Of a stretch of DNA of 64,000 nt, positions 21,796 to 34,295 are shown piece by piece. This DNA comes from Camelus dromedarius (lineage: Eukaryota). The position numbers were made by a program, and so were the translations under genes. Where the stretch lies: assembly GCF_036321535.1 (NCBI RefSeq), contig NC_087437.1:11968001-12032000 (forward strand). The letters run 5' to 3'. Within the stretch, counting starts at the first letter, position 1. Each line of letters begins with the position of its first letter. The notes under the pieces were generated by a model. It worked only from the letters and a program-made list of their open reading frames with translations. It was not told the DNA's origin and did no database searches.

Positions 21796-24073
21796 CAAAC
21801 CCGCATGTTTAAAAAAAAAAAAGTATCTCAAAGTTGTTGGCTTTTTTTAACCAGAAGAAAATTAAGAAAACTGAATTATATTCTTTGTATAAAAGACAAT
21901 CTAGAACCTAGGACCTTTTTCTTTTTCTTTCTTTCTTTTTTTTTTTTCTTTTGAGGAAAAGCTAGAATTAGAAGCCACTGTCATGTTTCCCCAAGATAGC
22001 GAGGAGGTAATTACAGGTATTTCTCTGTAGACTCTAGGATTTTTTGATCATATGAGGAAACCAAAAAGATGGCAACATGTATCCTTTTCTTCCTTTAAAT
22101 CTTTATGGTTCTGGATTTTAGCAGAACTTCTATCCAGTCTCCTTTCACTTTGCTCTTGGGTCCAAGGTCCGTCCTAGTGGTAGATCTTTTGTGCAGCTCA
22201 TATCTTGTTGATCTTTTAAAGCCCAGTTCATAGAAAGCTTAGCACAAAAGGCCTGACCCCATCACTCTGTTTCCTTCCTCTTGATGGTCACAGCTTCAGT
22301 GGAGGGGTTTCAGGTTGGTTTAAGGTTTAGCAAAGGAGTTTGTTGGTTCCTCTTCCTAGTGAGAAGGATAAACATCCACATCATGGAAAGGACGTGTTGT
22401 GAAGAAGCAGGGAAAAACTCTGAATAATCACATTTCATTTCTTTTTCTGCCCTGTGCTGCTGTGGACTGCTAAATGAAGATATTTGCTATCCCAAATATC
22501 ATCATAAGTATGAACTGAGTTTTCTTTATCTATTCACAGACCAGACTTCTGCAGTCATCAGGTGTTGCCTGAGTGCTACTGAAGACCGAAGTGATTAAAA
22601 AGTGTGAGGCAGAAAATGATAATCGTGGGGGTTTCATCTTTCAAATGAGAAAGTGAACGTGCAGAGAGATTAGATGCATTACCCAGGGTTAACCTATATA
22701 GGAAGTACTGCCCTTGAAATAGAAAAAAAAAATCTCCTCTTAATATTATATTGTGCTATACCTGTGTTACCTGCCCTTGGCAGCTTACAGTCTCAAACTG
22801 AGTATAATTGTGAACTAAATTAGAGTATAGATTCCTGTAGTTCAGCTTAGGGGAGACTTAGCATAGCTGGAATCCGCTGAGAAAAAAAGTGGGACTGGAG
22901 TAAAATTGAGGCACACTTTGAAGCGCAGAGAGGGATCGTCCGGGAACAGAATAAATCAGTGGGAGGAAGAATTTGGGGAAAGGCACAGAGACACCGTGGC
23001 CAGAAAGGAGAAGAGCCTTGTAAATATGAAGGGTCCATGCTGAATAAGGAGACAGGAGGCTGGTTGATGAGGTGATGGCCACCCCCCTCTTTAAATCTGA
23101 GCCCCCTCTGTGAGATGTCTCATCTAACAGGGGCTGCGGATAAGTGGCTTATAAATAGAGCCATGCTAACAGAGCTCTACAAGGGTTCCACCCAAGACTT
23201 TGGTCATTTAACTTCACGGATGAACCAACCCAGCTAACGAGCCACAGATGTTCTGTGTAAAACTGAAGGAATTCACGTGAGTTTGGTGATGACATTTCCC
23301 TGTTTATAAAATGCTGAGCGTTAAACAGTGATACTGTGTGAAGCACTTGGAGTCTCTGTCTTGCGAGGCAGTTCTTAAGTGTAATGGTTTAATGGTCATT
23401 GAGCGTGATGGGCCTTCCGAGTGTAATATCATTTGCCTGCCAGTTAAAATGAACACTTCTTGGTGGGAAGGCAAAGATCATGTCAGTGTAACTTGGGTTA
23501 GCGGAAAGAAAGCGTCAAGCAGTGAAAGCTGAAATAGAGTAGGGAATGGAATCTCCTGTGTGCCGAGCCTGTTCATAAATCCAGTGTAATTAGAGAAGAC
23601 CACTAATTCCCACCGATCAGGGGAAATATATTCTGAACTGGTGAAAAGTTTGATTTCTTTTTAAAGAACTGCAGCTCTGTTATCTTCCCCACTTCCTGCC
23701 TGTCCCCAGTCGAACACCTTTCTAACCTTACTTGGTAGCCTTACTTTCTATTTGGTTGATAAAATTGAAGTTACCGAAAATAAAGAAGCTGAACTTCTTG
23801 CACATCCTGGAACTTCTATCTCTGTCCTTCCTGCAGGTGTGTGCAGGAGGGGCGTGCGTCCTCCTGTGTCGGGCAGGTCCCTTCCCTGGGGCTCTTGGTG
23901 CTACCCTTTCGCTTTCATTCTCCTTCTTCAGGGACCCCTGGATCCTTCAAGTACTCCTCCCCTGTCCTCTCCCATCTGTCTCTGCTCTTGGATTTTTGCC
24001 CTCTCTTAGGGAGAAACGTTTCATCTGCTTCTGCTCCCTTCTCCTTTGACTGCTGTCCTTTTGAAGAGTTTTA

Positions 24074-24190
24074 CATATATATTCTTTTTCAGATTCTTTT
24101 CCATTATGGTTCGTTACAGGATATTAAATATAGTTCATGTGCTATACAGTAGGATCTTGTTGTTTGTCTGTTTTACATGTAGTAGTTTGT
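24074..24190 (-). mobile_element. L1 3'UTR fragment (left arm of inverted pair)
   Basis: 'cagattcttttcc...gtgctatacagtaggatcttgttg'. Confidence 0.85.
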
Positions 24191-24410
24191 ACACACATTA
24201 CTACATATAAAAGAGATAAACAACAAGGTCCTACTGTATAGCACAAGGAATTATACTCAATTTCTTGTAATAACATATAACAGAAAAGAATCTGAAAAGA
24301 AAAAAAAATGTGTATGTATGTGTATAACTGAATCACTTTGCTGTACACCTGAAACTAACATTGTAAATCAACTATACTTCAATTAAAAAAAAAGAGAAAG
24401 AAAAGAAAAA
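24191..24410 (+). mobile_element. L1 3' end with A tail (right arm of inverted pair)
   Basis: 'caacaaggtcctactgtatagcac...gaatcactttgctgtacacctgaaac...tatacttcaattaaaaaa'. Confidence 0.9.
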
Positions 24411-27400
24411 CAGTGGTCCTGAATTCCACGGGGACTCGGAATTTTCCGGTGGCTAGCAGCTGCCAATCTGAGGACCAGTCCTCCAGGGTGAAGTCTGACT
24501 TCTGTGCTGGTGGTCAAGGCCATCACACCCGCTTGTTTCCCTCCTCTCCTCTTTTCCTCTCCTGCTACTTTCTCACACTTCCTATGTCATCCGTACTAAA
24601 CTGCCTGTAAGTCCAGGTACTCTGTGAACTATTTTGTTCCTTAAGCCTTTGTATGAAATTTTCCTCTGCACGACTCACTCTTTTGATCCTCAGGTCCACC
24701 CCTCACATCCACTCAACTCCCAACTCCTGTTCACCTTTTGAGACCTGCATCAGCACAGCCATCTGGTAAACCATCAAACTGATGTGTGCATAGGGAAGCT
24801 AGCTCATGGCTGACTGTAATACAGGACAAGGCCCTCTTGTGCTGCCTCCTCTTCTGCACCGTTGCTTCCAGGTGAATTCCATATTGTTCCCCGGCATGGC
24901 TTCAGAAATAGACTTTGTGGGGAAAGGGAGAAGTTACAGTTAGGATCAGCAAGAGAAGGGGGTGCGTGGGATCCCCAGCTCCCTCACCCACCAAGATGCG
25001 TGGTGGGTCACAGTTCTGTTCCAAATGCAGAATGTTCTCCCACATTGTGCTTCCTTTTCTGGGGGAAGCATGAGGAGCAGCCTTCTGGGTGGGAAATAAT
25101 TGGATGAGCTGAGCTCTAGGCAGACAGGATTTGGGACTATCAACTATTCAGCGTTGTCTTGGAGAGCCAGCTGCCCAGCACCCCGAAACCTTAAATCCCA
25201 GGGGAAGAGGGTTATTCCTTCCATGTGGGGAAGGGAGCCTGATGAAGTGAGGACAGAAGTCCCCTTGGAAGCTGATTTGGGGTGCAGTGTCCTTCCTAGC
25301 ACAAGAGAGGAGGTGACTCATGTCCAGGCAACTCAGAACTGGACCTTGGGGTCTTTTTCAGATGTGTTGCTTGTTCCTCTACACTCACTGTGTTCAGGTC
25401 ATACCATGTTTTTAGTGGTTCACTAAGTTGAAAAATCAACCTTGGAAATTCTCTCAAGAATAATCTACAAACATAACAAGGAAATGAGTAGAGGCTTGGG
25501 ACATTTCCATTGACTGCCATTGCGGTCACCTCTACCACTGGGCGGATTTCCAAGTCAAGTGTCACGTAAGGAACCTCACTGAGATAAAAGTATTCACTGT
25601 GAGATTATATACAAGTGCCTATTAAAGGGATCAGTGTTTGAGACAAATCATCCCTCCTGAGGAAAATACAGTTCCATGTCTCAGGATGGGTTATAGAGGA
25701 AGTGAGGCTAGTGATCTGTGTTGTAAGAACTATCAAATTATAATTTTGCTGGGCCGTGTTAGCACTCAAATTCCAATCTCTTCAACACTGATCCACTAAA
25801 ACACTGTAAATTGCATGTGTTACACCTGGGTGTTAGCATCTTTTAAGATATATCCCGATGATACTGTTTAGTGGTAGAAAATCGATGTTTTTGAGATCAA
25901 AAGAATTAATTTAATACACAACAAGGACAGAAGACAGTTCAGAAACACATCTATAACAAACGATGCTAAATTTAGTTCAATCCATTTTGAAGACTGATAA
26001 GACTTCTGAAAGTGAATCACTGTCAAAATACTTCCTGTGTTAACTCCTTGTGTGGCTACTTTTCCATTTCTATTTCTGTGAAGCAAGACATCAACACTTC
26101 ATGTTATATTTCCTTTTTGTCCAAGAAACTGAATGATTCTTAGTAAGGTATGGCTCCTTATTCACTTACATAGATGATGTTTTCAATATCTTACAGAAAG
26201 TGTACAATTAAAAGTATAATTATTTGCAATTATTTGCATATGTGAGGTTTTTAACAATATTGTTTCCTAGGTTATTTTATAAATCTGATCAACTGTCATT
26301 TGTGTGCAACATTTTGATATGTTGATAAAAGATCTTATTAGGAGGTTCAAAGTACACATTTAGAGTTTAGAATATATGGCTTTTGCTGTACATTCTAAGA
26401 AATTTACTTAAACTGACTAAAATCATGCTTAGAACATTGAGTTTAATACTTATCTTCTTTTGATTAAGTAATTATAACGTGTCCAATGTTAAAAAATTGG
26501 AGGATAGAAAAAAAAGTATAAAGGAGAAGATGAATCACTCACAATATATTCCAGTTTCCTAAAATGTACAACACAGTTGTCAATGTATTCCTTCCTCAGA
26601 ATTAGAATCTTACTGTAAGTTGACTGTTCTCTAAGCAAGAACATTTCTTATCATTGAATGTTCTTTAAATACCTGCATAATATTCCATCATATAGAAGTA
26701 TGGTGGCCCATATTAAGCATTCCTTTTTGCAGACCTAAAAGTATTGCTAACTTTTATATTTTATAAATAAACAACAGACATCTTCATAGCTGTGTTTATA
26801 CTGGTGATGACTTTAGGATGGCTTCCTAGAAATGGAACTACTGGATCACCAAGTCAAAAGTGGAGCTTTCTTCATATTGACAAAATATTTTTCAGATAAG
26901 GTAGAAAAACTTACATTGCTATCAGTGGTGTCTGGAAGTACTTATTTTACTTCTTCTTTACCAGTATAAAATCTTATTTTTAAAACTCTTCATTTGCCAA
27001 GCCATCTTTTGCCTACTGCTGTGAGATACTCTCATCTGTGTCCATTTCTGGTTTCTCTGTTTGGTTCCATAGATGTAGCTGTTGATTTGTTAATTACTAC
27101 AACTTTATGACAAACTTTAATAATTGAGAGTGTCAGTCTCTCTTATTACTCTTTTTGCTGATTTTAGCCTTTTCCTGGCTATTCACACTTGCCTACTTTC
27201 TCCTCATTTGAAGATGTGGATCAAATTTGAATTACAGTTACAGTTCAGAGAGAAGTCATCATTGCATTCTTTAATTTCCAACCCAGAATATATTTGTCTT
27301 TTTATTCATCCCTGTGGTTGACTCTCTAATTTTTGTTTTGTGTTTAATACATGGCGGCTTTACCAAGATATGCCTTAGTGTTGATTATTTATTCCCCTCT

Positions 27401-27899
27401 CCCCATTCTCTATACACTTCTCATTCGTTGGTGCAGAACTTCCTTTATTTTAGAAAAAAAGATCCTTTGAATATTCCTCATTTTAGTAAGGATATAATTC
27501 ATGCATTCCTTGTATAACCTTGGTCTGACTTTTTTCTCCATTTTAATGCCTTAATTTCATTTTGCTCAGTTTCTCCCAGCCTGTTTTTCAAGTTGCTGAC
27601 TATTTTTTACTATGCCTGTCTGATTGATTTAGTGTGATTTTGTTTCAGTAATAGTTTTGTCTTTCATTTCCAATTTTTTCTGAGCTAGGCTAGCTAACTC
27701 TTCATCTCTTTCTGTTACCTTATTTTTTTTTTAAATCTTCCATCCCATCTCTGTATTCTTGTTTCAGAGGTCACTTGTTCCTGAATTGCTTTGAGATAAT
27801 GAGTTTTGTCTGAGATTTTCATTTGGCTTTGTGGCTTAATTTCCATTGTTTGTTTTTTCAGGGTAATTTATAGTCATGAAACTTAATATACATGGAAGA

Positions 27900-28130
27900 A
27901 TGTGTATAAAAGATAATAAAATAATGACTAAAATACTTGAAAATAATAGACAAAATAACAAATGCAAATATTTCTTTACTGTAGAAATATAAATAAATAT
28001 AATCAATGACAAAATAATGAAATAAATAATATAGTGAAATAAGAGCAATAAAATGAAAATAAAATTCTAAAATAAAATAATCAATAATAAACAAGAAGCA
28101 AAATATGTAATAATATGCAAAATAAAACCC
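27900..28130. repeat. AT-rich low-complexity (AAAATAA-like) tract
   Basis: Repeated 'aaaataa/aaaataatga' units. Confidence 0.75.
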
Positions 28131-29407
28131 CATTATTCCACACCTAGTTTAAGAAACAGAATGTTGTCATTACCCACTGGTGTACCTTTTTACTATCTCT
28201 GCATCTTTCGAACAGAGCCTTAGTGCTCCCTGAGTTTTGTGTTAATAATTTCCCTATTTATGGGTCTGTCATTTGTGTGTATGTCAAAATAATATATTGT
28301 GTATATGAGTATTCCAGTTGTTTTATATATTCACCAGCACTTTGTGTTGCTAAACTTCTTTATTTTACTGCACTTGCTTGGTATAGAAAAATATATCATA
28401 GTTTTAGTTAGCATTTACCTAATTTACTAATGAGGCTGTGTGTCTTTTCATGTTCAATAAACATATGTGCTTTACCTTTTATGAAATGCCTGTGATATTT
28501 TCTATTGATTTCTCAAAGTTCTTTATATGTCCTGTAGAGTAATTCCTTGTTAATGATATGCTTTGTAAATAGACACCCCCAGCTTGAAGCATATCTTACT
28601 ATCTTTGTGGTGTCTTTTGATAAGCACAGCTTATTAATTTTAATGCATTCCAATTTTCTTTTCTTTTATGCTCTATCTCAAGAAAATAAAAGTATTTTTT
28701 TCTTTTAAACATCTTATTTTGCCTTTTACATCATTCATTTGGAATTGATTTCTGTAACTGGTGTGAGGTAGGGATCTGTTTTTTTCCTAATGTGGAAACT
28801 TCTTGCTCCAAAACTCTGTTTTATAGTCCATCCTTATCTCAATGATAAATATCTTTCCTGATATAAATAAAATTCATGTGTGTGTGTGTATTTCTGACCC
28901 CTTACTTCTGACTCATTGTTCATAGGTTTACTCTATATCAATACTGCTTTAATTACTTTTTTTTCACTGAGTCTTTTTGTTGGTTTTTGTAATGAATTTG
29001 CTTTTTAAAAATTTTTTTTTAAATTTTATTATTTTTTCCAGTTTTATTATGTAGAATTATCTTAGGAACAATAGTTGGTACATATATGAAAGCTAAAAAA
29101 AGTGCAGTATACTGTTTATATGTATTTACAGGCAATATAATGTGTATGTACACTGAGTCTTGATTTCTGAAAGGTTAAGCCTTATACTTTTTTTCTTTTC
29201 TTTTCCTACCTTGTACGTCTTTAGGAATATTTTGCTTTCTCTTTCTTTGCTTTTCCTAATAATTTTCTGAAATCACTCATCAAGTTTTGTAAAAAAAAAA
29301 CCATAGAGATTTTGATTGAAATAGTTTTGCCTATATGCAAATTAGGCAGACACAATTCTTAAATATGGGTATTACTCTCATTTATTTGACTTCTTGATGT
29401 ATTTCAA

Positions 29408-29655
29408 AACATATACACACTACTATATATAAAATAGACAAACAAGGATTTACTGTGTATCACATGGAACTATATTCAATATCTTGTAATAACCTATAGT
29501 GGAAAAGAATCTGAAAAAGAATATCTATCTATCTTTCTATCTATCTGAATCACTTTGCTGTATGCCTAAAACTAATACAACATTATAAATCAGCTATACT
29601 TGAATTAAAAAAAATTTAAGAAAATAAAGGGAAAAAAATAAAAAAGAAACAAAAG
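29408..29655 (+). mobile_element. L1 3' end with A-rich tail
   Basis: 'tacacactactatatataaaatag...gaatcactttgctgta...tatacttgaattaaaaaa'. Confidence 0.88.
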
Positions 29656-30215
29656 ACTTCTATATTCTTCCTCATGGAAGTGGCATAAATTCTGCTTAGC
29701 TTATTGTAGATACATTATTTTTGTTAGTATTTTAATGATAACTTTTTAAAAATAATATTTTCTGCTTGTTCATAGCATATAAATATAATTGATTTTTATA
29801 TCCAGAGAAGTTTACAAACTCATGTTAATTTTAATAATTTGTAGCTTCTTTGGAATTGTATTATATGTGATTCTTGTTTTTGTTCAATCATTTTGCTCTG
29901 GATGTTGGAGGAGGTGGAGAAGGGTGGATGAATGCATCTTATTGCACAGATTAAGACCTCTAGTACCATTTTTAATAGAACTTGTGAAAGTGGCCAACCT
30001 TGTCTTGTTCCTAATTTTTAGGGGAATATTTTTAATCAATGAGTTAAAAGTTTTTGTATAGCAACCCCTTACTAGATTAAGGAAATTTGCTTGTATTCTT
30101 AATTTTCTAGGACTTCTTATTATGTTAGCTAATTTTTATTTAATGTTTCTCTTTTTTTTTTAACATTTATTAAGACAGTAATACAGTTTTCTTTTTAAGT
30201 CTTTTGATGTTGAAC

Positions 30216-30700
30216 TGAATGGTCAATTTTCACCCTTCATCTTATTTTACCTGTTGACCTCTAGGCCCTCTTTCTTGATACACTTCTCTCATTGGGCTTT
30301 TAGGAACCTCCAACCACTATCGCCTGTCTCCTTGGTTTCTTCCTTGCTCCTTTTCAGGTACCTTTCTGGTTCTTCTCTTTGATCTCTACATGTCTGAGTG
30401 TCCCAGGACACAGTTCTTTTCAACATTTATTTTCTTAGTAATCTCTAGGTTTTTATGGCTATGTTTTCAACTGTATATTTTCTGCCTAGTCCCCTCTCCA
30501 AAAGACCAGACTTAGATATCCAACTGCAACTTAGCACCTCTACTTGGATGCCCAGCAGACGTCTCAAATCTAACAGGTCTAAAACTAAATTTTGATTCTC
30601 TTCCCTGCATTCACCAGACCTGTTTCATGCAAGGCTTCCCAATTTCTGCTATTGGTGACTTTGTTCCTTGAAACAATCAGACCAAAACCTTGGAAGTGTT
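30216..30700 (+). mobile_element. L2 fragment
   Basis: 'atccaactgc...ctctacttggatg...tctcaaatctaacaggtctaaaac'. Confidence 0.7.
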
Positions 30701-30704
30701 TGTT

Positions 30705-31455
30705 TTCAGGAAGGTTACAAAGGTATTTCAGGGAGTACTCATATATCTTTACAAAACTTGTCCTGATATTAATATCTTATATAACCATAGTACAATTACC
30801 AAAACCAAGGAAGTAACACTAATACAATACTATTAACTAAATTCCAGACCTTGCTCAGAGTTCCCCAGTTGTCCTTTTCCTATTCCAGAGCACAACTCAG
30901 GATCCCACACTGCAGTTCAGCTGGCCCATGTTCTTGTCTCCTCCTGTCTGTGACAGTTCTTCAGTCTTCCCTTGACACTTTTCAAGAGTATTTGTCAGTT
31001 ATTTTTTAGAACATCCTTTGATTCAGAGCTCTCTGATGACATAAGCTTGGATGGAGGTTACACGCTTTGACGAGAATATCACAGAAGTGATGAGCCCTTT
31101 TCAGTGCATCATATCAGGGGTACATGATGTCAACATGTCTTATTACTGATGATGATGATGTTAACTTGGGTCACTTAGTTAGGTGGTGCCTGCTGTGTTT
31201 CTTCACTATAAGGTTACACTTTTCCATTTGTGATTAATGAATATCTTAGAGAAGATACGTTGGGACGATGCAAATATCCTGTTTCTTCTCAAACTTTCAA
31301 CCACTAATTTTAGCATCCGTTGATGGATCTTGACTGCAACTCTCATTATTAGAGTGTTTGCTTAATGGAGATTTTCTATTTCCCACATCTATTCTGTGTT
31401 TAGTAACTCAGATGTTTTCCTATATGGGAGACCTGTCCCTTTTTCTATTATTTAA
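30705..31455 (-). mobile_element. L1MC/MD-like 3'UTR
   Basis: 'aaccatagtacaattaccaaaaccaagg', 'caggatcccacactgca', 'atgcaaatatcctgtttctt'. Confidence 0.75.
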
Positions 31456-32999
31456 TTCAATTATTATGGGTAATATTATAATAAAAATAAATTATAGTAA
31501 TAATGTGAAAGGGTGTGAAGGAGAGAACCACATACAGGTAGCTCAGAATCATAAGTATATCCAGGATTAATTAAATCTGAAATGTGAAATGTATGTGAAC
31601 ATATTATTTAGCAAGCATTTAATATTTATTTTTTTAACCCATAATACAAAGGAACTGTAAATCTTATGAACTACCCAAGTCTTATTTCTCATTAATTTCA
31701 TGTAGTGTAAACCAAAGTCTTAATTTCTTAATTCTATTGCATTTTTAAAATGTGTATCTTTAAGAATCCCACAATATATTCATTGCTGGAAATGTTTAGC
31801 TCTGGGAAACAAAAACTAGCTGTGTTATATTATACTAAAACCTAGTGCCAATTAGGAAAATGAAATTTAGATAGTGGTATTTTATTTATCAAGTATTTAT
31901 TACTATGGATTGATGTAAGAATTACAATATATAATCTCATTCCCAGGCATAAGCATATTCAGAAGCAGAATTTACATAAATTTATCATAAAGGAATAAGT
32001 AGCAAGAGAAATATAATTTTATTAACCCTGAGGCTACCTTAGAATATTAATAAGAATATTTAGGACTGAGAGCTACTAGTACAAATTGGAATGGCAATAT
32101 ATGTCTCTACTAAATGCAAACGCGTTTGTTCTATCCTGTGCATTTTCTCAAATTTTTATTAGCAGTGCCCTGCATTGGAAAAATATTTAATTTAATGGTT
32201 GGATGTACTATGTAAAAGTAACACCTGTACAATTTTTTTGAAAGCTGTTTGTTTCAATTTACATGGAAACATTTCTTAGCTGCACAGTGATTCTTAAGCA
32301 CCCTCTTTTCATCGTTTATGTCAAAAAGGGTATAAATACATTAACCTGAAAAGGTTTGATGCATTTCCTTGCAACATCTGAAATTAGTCATACTAAATTT
32401 TATATGATTTAGTCAGTTTTTTCAAAGAAAGTAACTTCGTTTTTTTAATATATAAATTCATATAATCTTTCTAAAATTCTTTAGAGACTTAGGAATAGCA
32501 AGTCCCAGGAAACTTTAAAAAGTGGAGTGCACGTTTGGCTGAAAATAGGAGGATTTGTTGAAAGTCTGTAATAGAAACAATTACAATGACTTTAACCTCC
32601 TCTGCAAAATCCTAAAATTTCACTTGTAAAGATGTTGATCCAACAAAACCACAATACTGCAGCCAAGATACTGAGTACAGCTAGGGCTGAAAACAACAAC
32701 AACAAAAAACAACTTAGAGGTAGTGATGATTGAGGGGAAATCATCCTGTCTACCAGCCTCCAAGATGCTTGTGAACTCTCTAATCAGCTTTGAAAGATAT
32801 TATCAGATTTTCTTTTTATTTATTTAATTTTCAAAATATATTGAATACTAGGTATTTTTACAACACAGACATGCATTCAGAAAGAGAGGAAAAATGGCCC
32901 ATTTACCACCCAGATGGCCCCCTACTGACATAAAGGAAAAATAAAAGTAGTGTATGTGTAAGGTTTCAAAATGAGAACAGTAAAGAAAAGCACAGAATG

Positions 33000-33255
33000 A
33001 GTGTTTTGAGGCTATGTTGTTAGCTGCATACCTGTTTAGAACTGTTATTCTGTCCTGGTGAATGAAGTCTTATCATTACATAATAACTCCTCAAGTCAAA
33101 CTTTTGTCCTAAAGTCTCCTTTGTCTGTATTAATATAGCTAGACTAATTTTCTTTTTGTTGATAGTTTCCTGGTATGTCATTTCCCATCAGTTAAAAAAT
33201 GTTTCTGTGCTTTATGTGTGTCCCTCATAAATAGCACACAGTTGAGTTTTGTTTA
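33000..33255 (-). mobile_element. Old L1 ORF2 5' fragment
   Basis: 'gctatgttgttagctgcata...aaagtctcctttgtctgtattaatatagcta'. Confidence 0.6.
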
Positions 33256-33464
33256 ATTTTCTTCTTCCTACTTGACATATTTCCTTCATGTTGCTTTTTT
33301 TGTTTCATCTCTCCCTTTGCATAGTCCTCTATCTTCCACTTTAAATGCTGTCCTCAGATACATGATAGAAGCCTTGCTTGACTATGGTTTAGAATGGGAA
33401 ACAAGCTGACTGGAGGATCTGAAAGGGTAGCTGGGGCATATCAATGGTGAGGATTGCTTTAAGT

Positions 33465-33686
33465 CAGAAATTCTCAATGCCAGCACTGTTAACATTTGGG
33501 GCCATATAATTCTTTGTTGTCAGGAGCTATCCTGTGTTTTGTAGGATGCTGAGCAGCATCCTTGACCCTGCCCATCAAATGCCATTAGCACTCCCTAATA
33601 GTGACAGCCTAAAATACCTCCAGACATTGCCAAGTGTTCCCTGGAATGGAGGCAGGGTTCATATCAATCTGGTTGAGAACCACTAC
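33465..33686. mobile_element. MER20 (hAT-Charlie)
   Basis: 'acatttggggccatataattctttgttg...ctccagacattgccaagtg...ggttgagaaccact'. Confidence 0.85.
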
Positions 33687-33829
33687 TGTAAACAATGATC
33701 TGTATGTACCATATATTGAGGAGCCTCTGGTGTCAGAATTCTTGTGGTTCCTCTTGAACTGATAAGATTTCCCTGGGACAGGGGGAAACTTACTATCTTC
33801 TGCCTGTAAGATAAAGACCTGGTTGAAAA

Positions 33830-34295
33830 TATTTTGTTTCTCATTCTCCACATCCTCTCTGGCAGAATGCCCACTGTGTTTAGAACTCCACCTTCCTCCC
33901 CATGGATTTCTGTTTAACCAGCATTGGCAATTCCATTCTTCTGACCAGTGTTGAGCTGGCAAACGCATATGGACAGAATTCTGACCAATTAGACCTGGGG
34001 GAGAGACTTCACCAGTGATAGTATCTGGAAGAGGTTGCCTTATAAAGACACAGGATGGTTCTCATCTGATGGATGGTGTTGATGGAAGCTGTGTTTCTTG
34101 GAACTGCATGCAGCACTGAGGGGACCTGAATTTGAGGATGCAGAGTAAAATATGGGTCCTTATGACACATGGAACTAAATTAACCAACCCTGGGAATTAA
34201 CCCCATTTTTTTTAACTTAGATTTTATAAGTCTCTGTAAGTTAGTCAATTTAATCTAAATTTTTAAAAACTTGCAAGTGAAGTCATTTTAATTGC
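33830..34295 (+). mobile_element. Old MaLR LTR (MLT1-like), degraded
   Basis: 'aattctgaccaattagac', 'tgggtccttatgaca', terminal 'acttgcaagtgaagtcat'. Confidence 0.5.

Larger units (their letters stand above)
26450..30210 (-). mobile_element. Highly degraded ancient L1 (L1ME-like) fragments
   Basis: T-rich region with L1 antisense remnants such as 'ggaattgatttctgtaactggtgtgaggtagggatct', 'gagattttgattgaa', 'ccttgtcttgttcctaatttttagggg'. Boundaries approximate. Confidence 0.6.

Noticed and set aside
27836..28133. Hydrophobic F/I/Y-rich ORFs resembling membrane proteins
   Set aside because: Translation of an AT-rich low-complexity tract.
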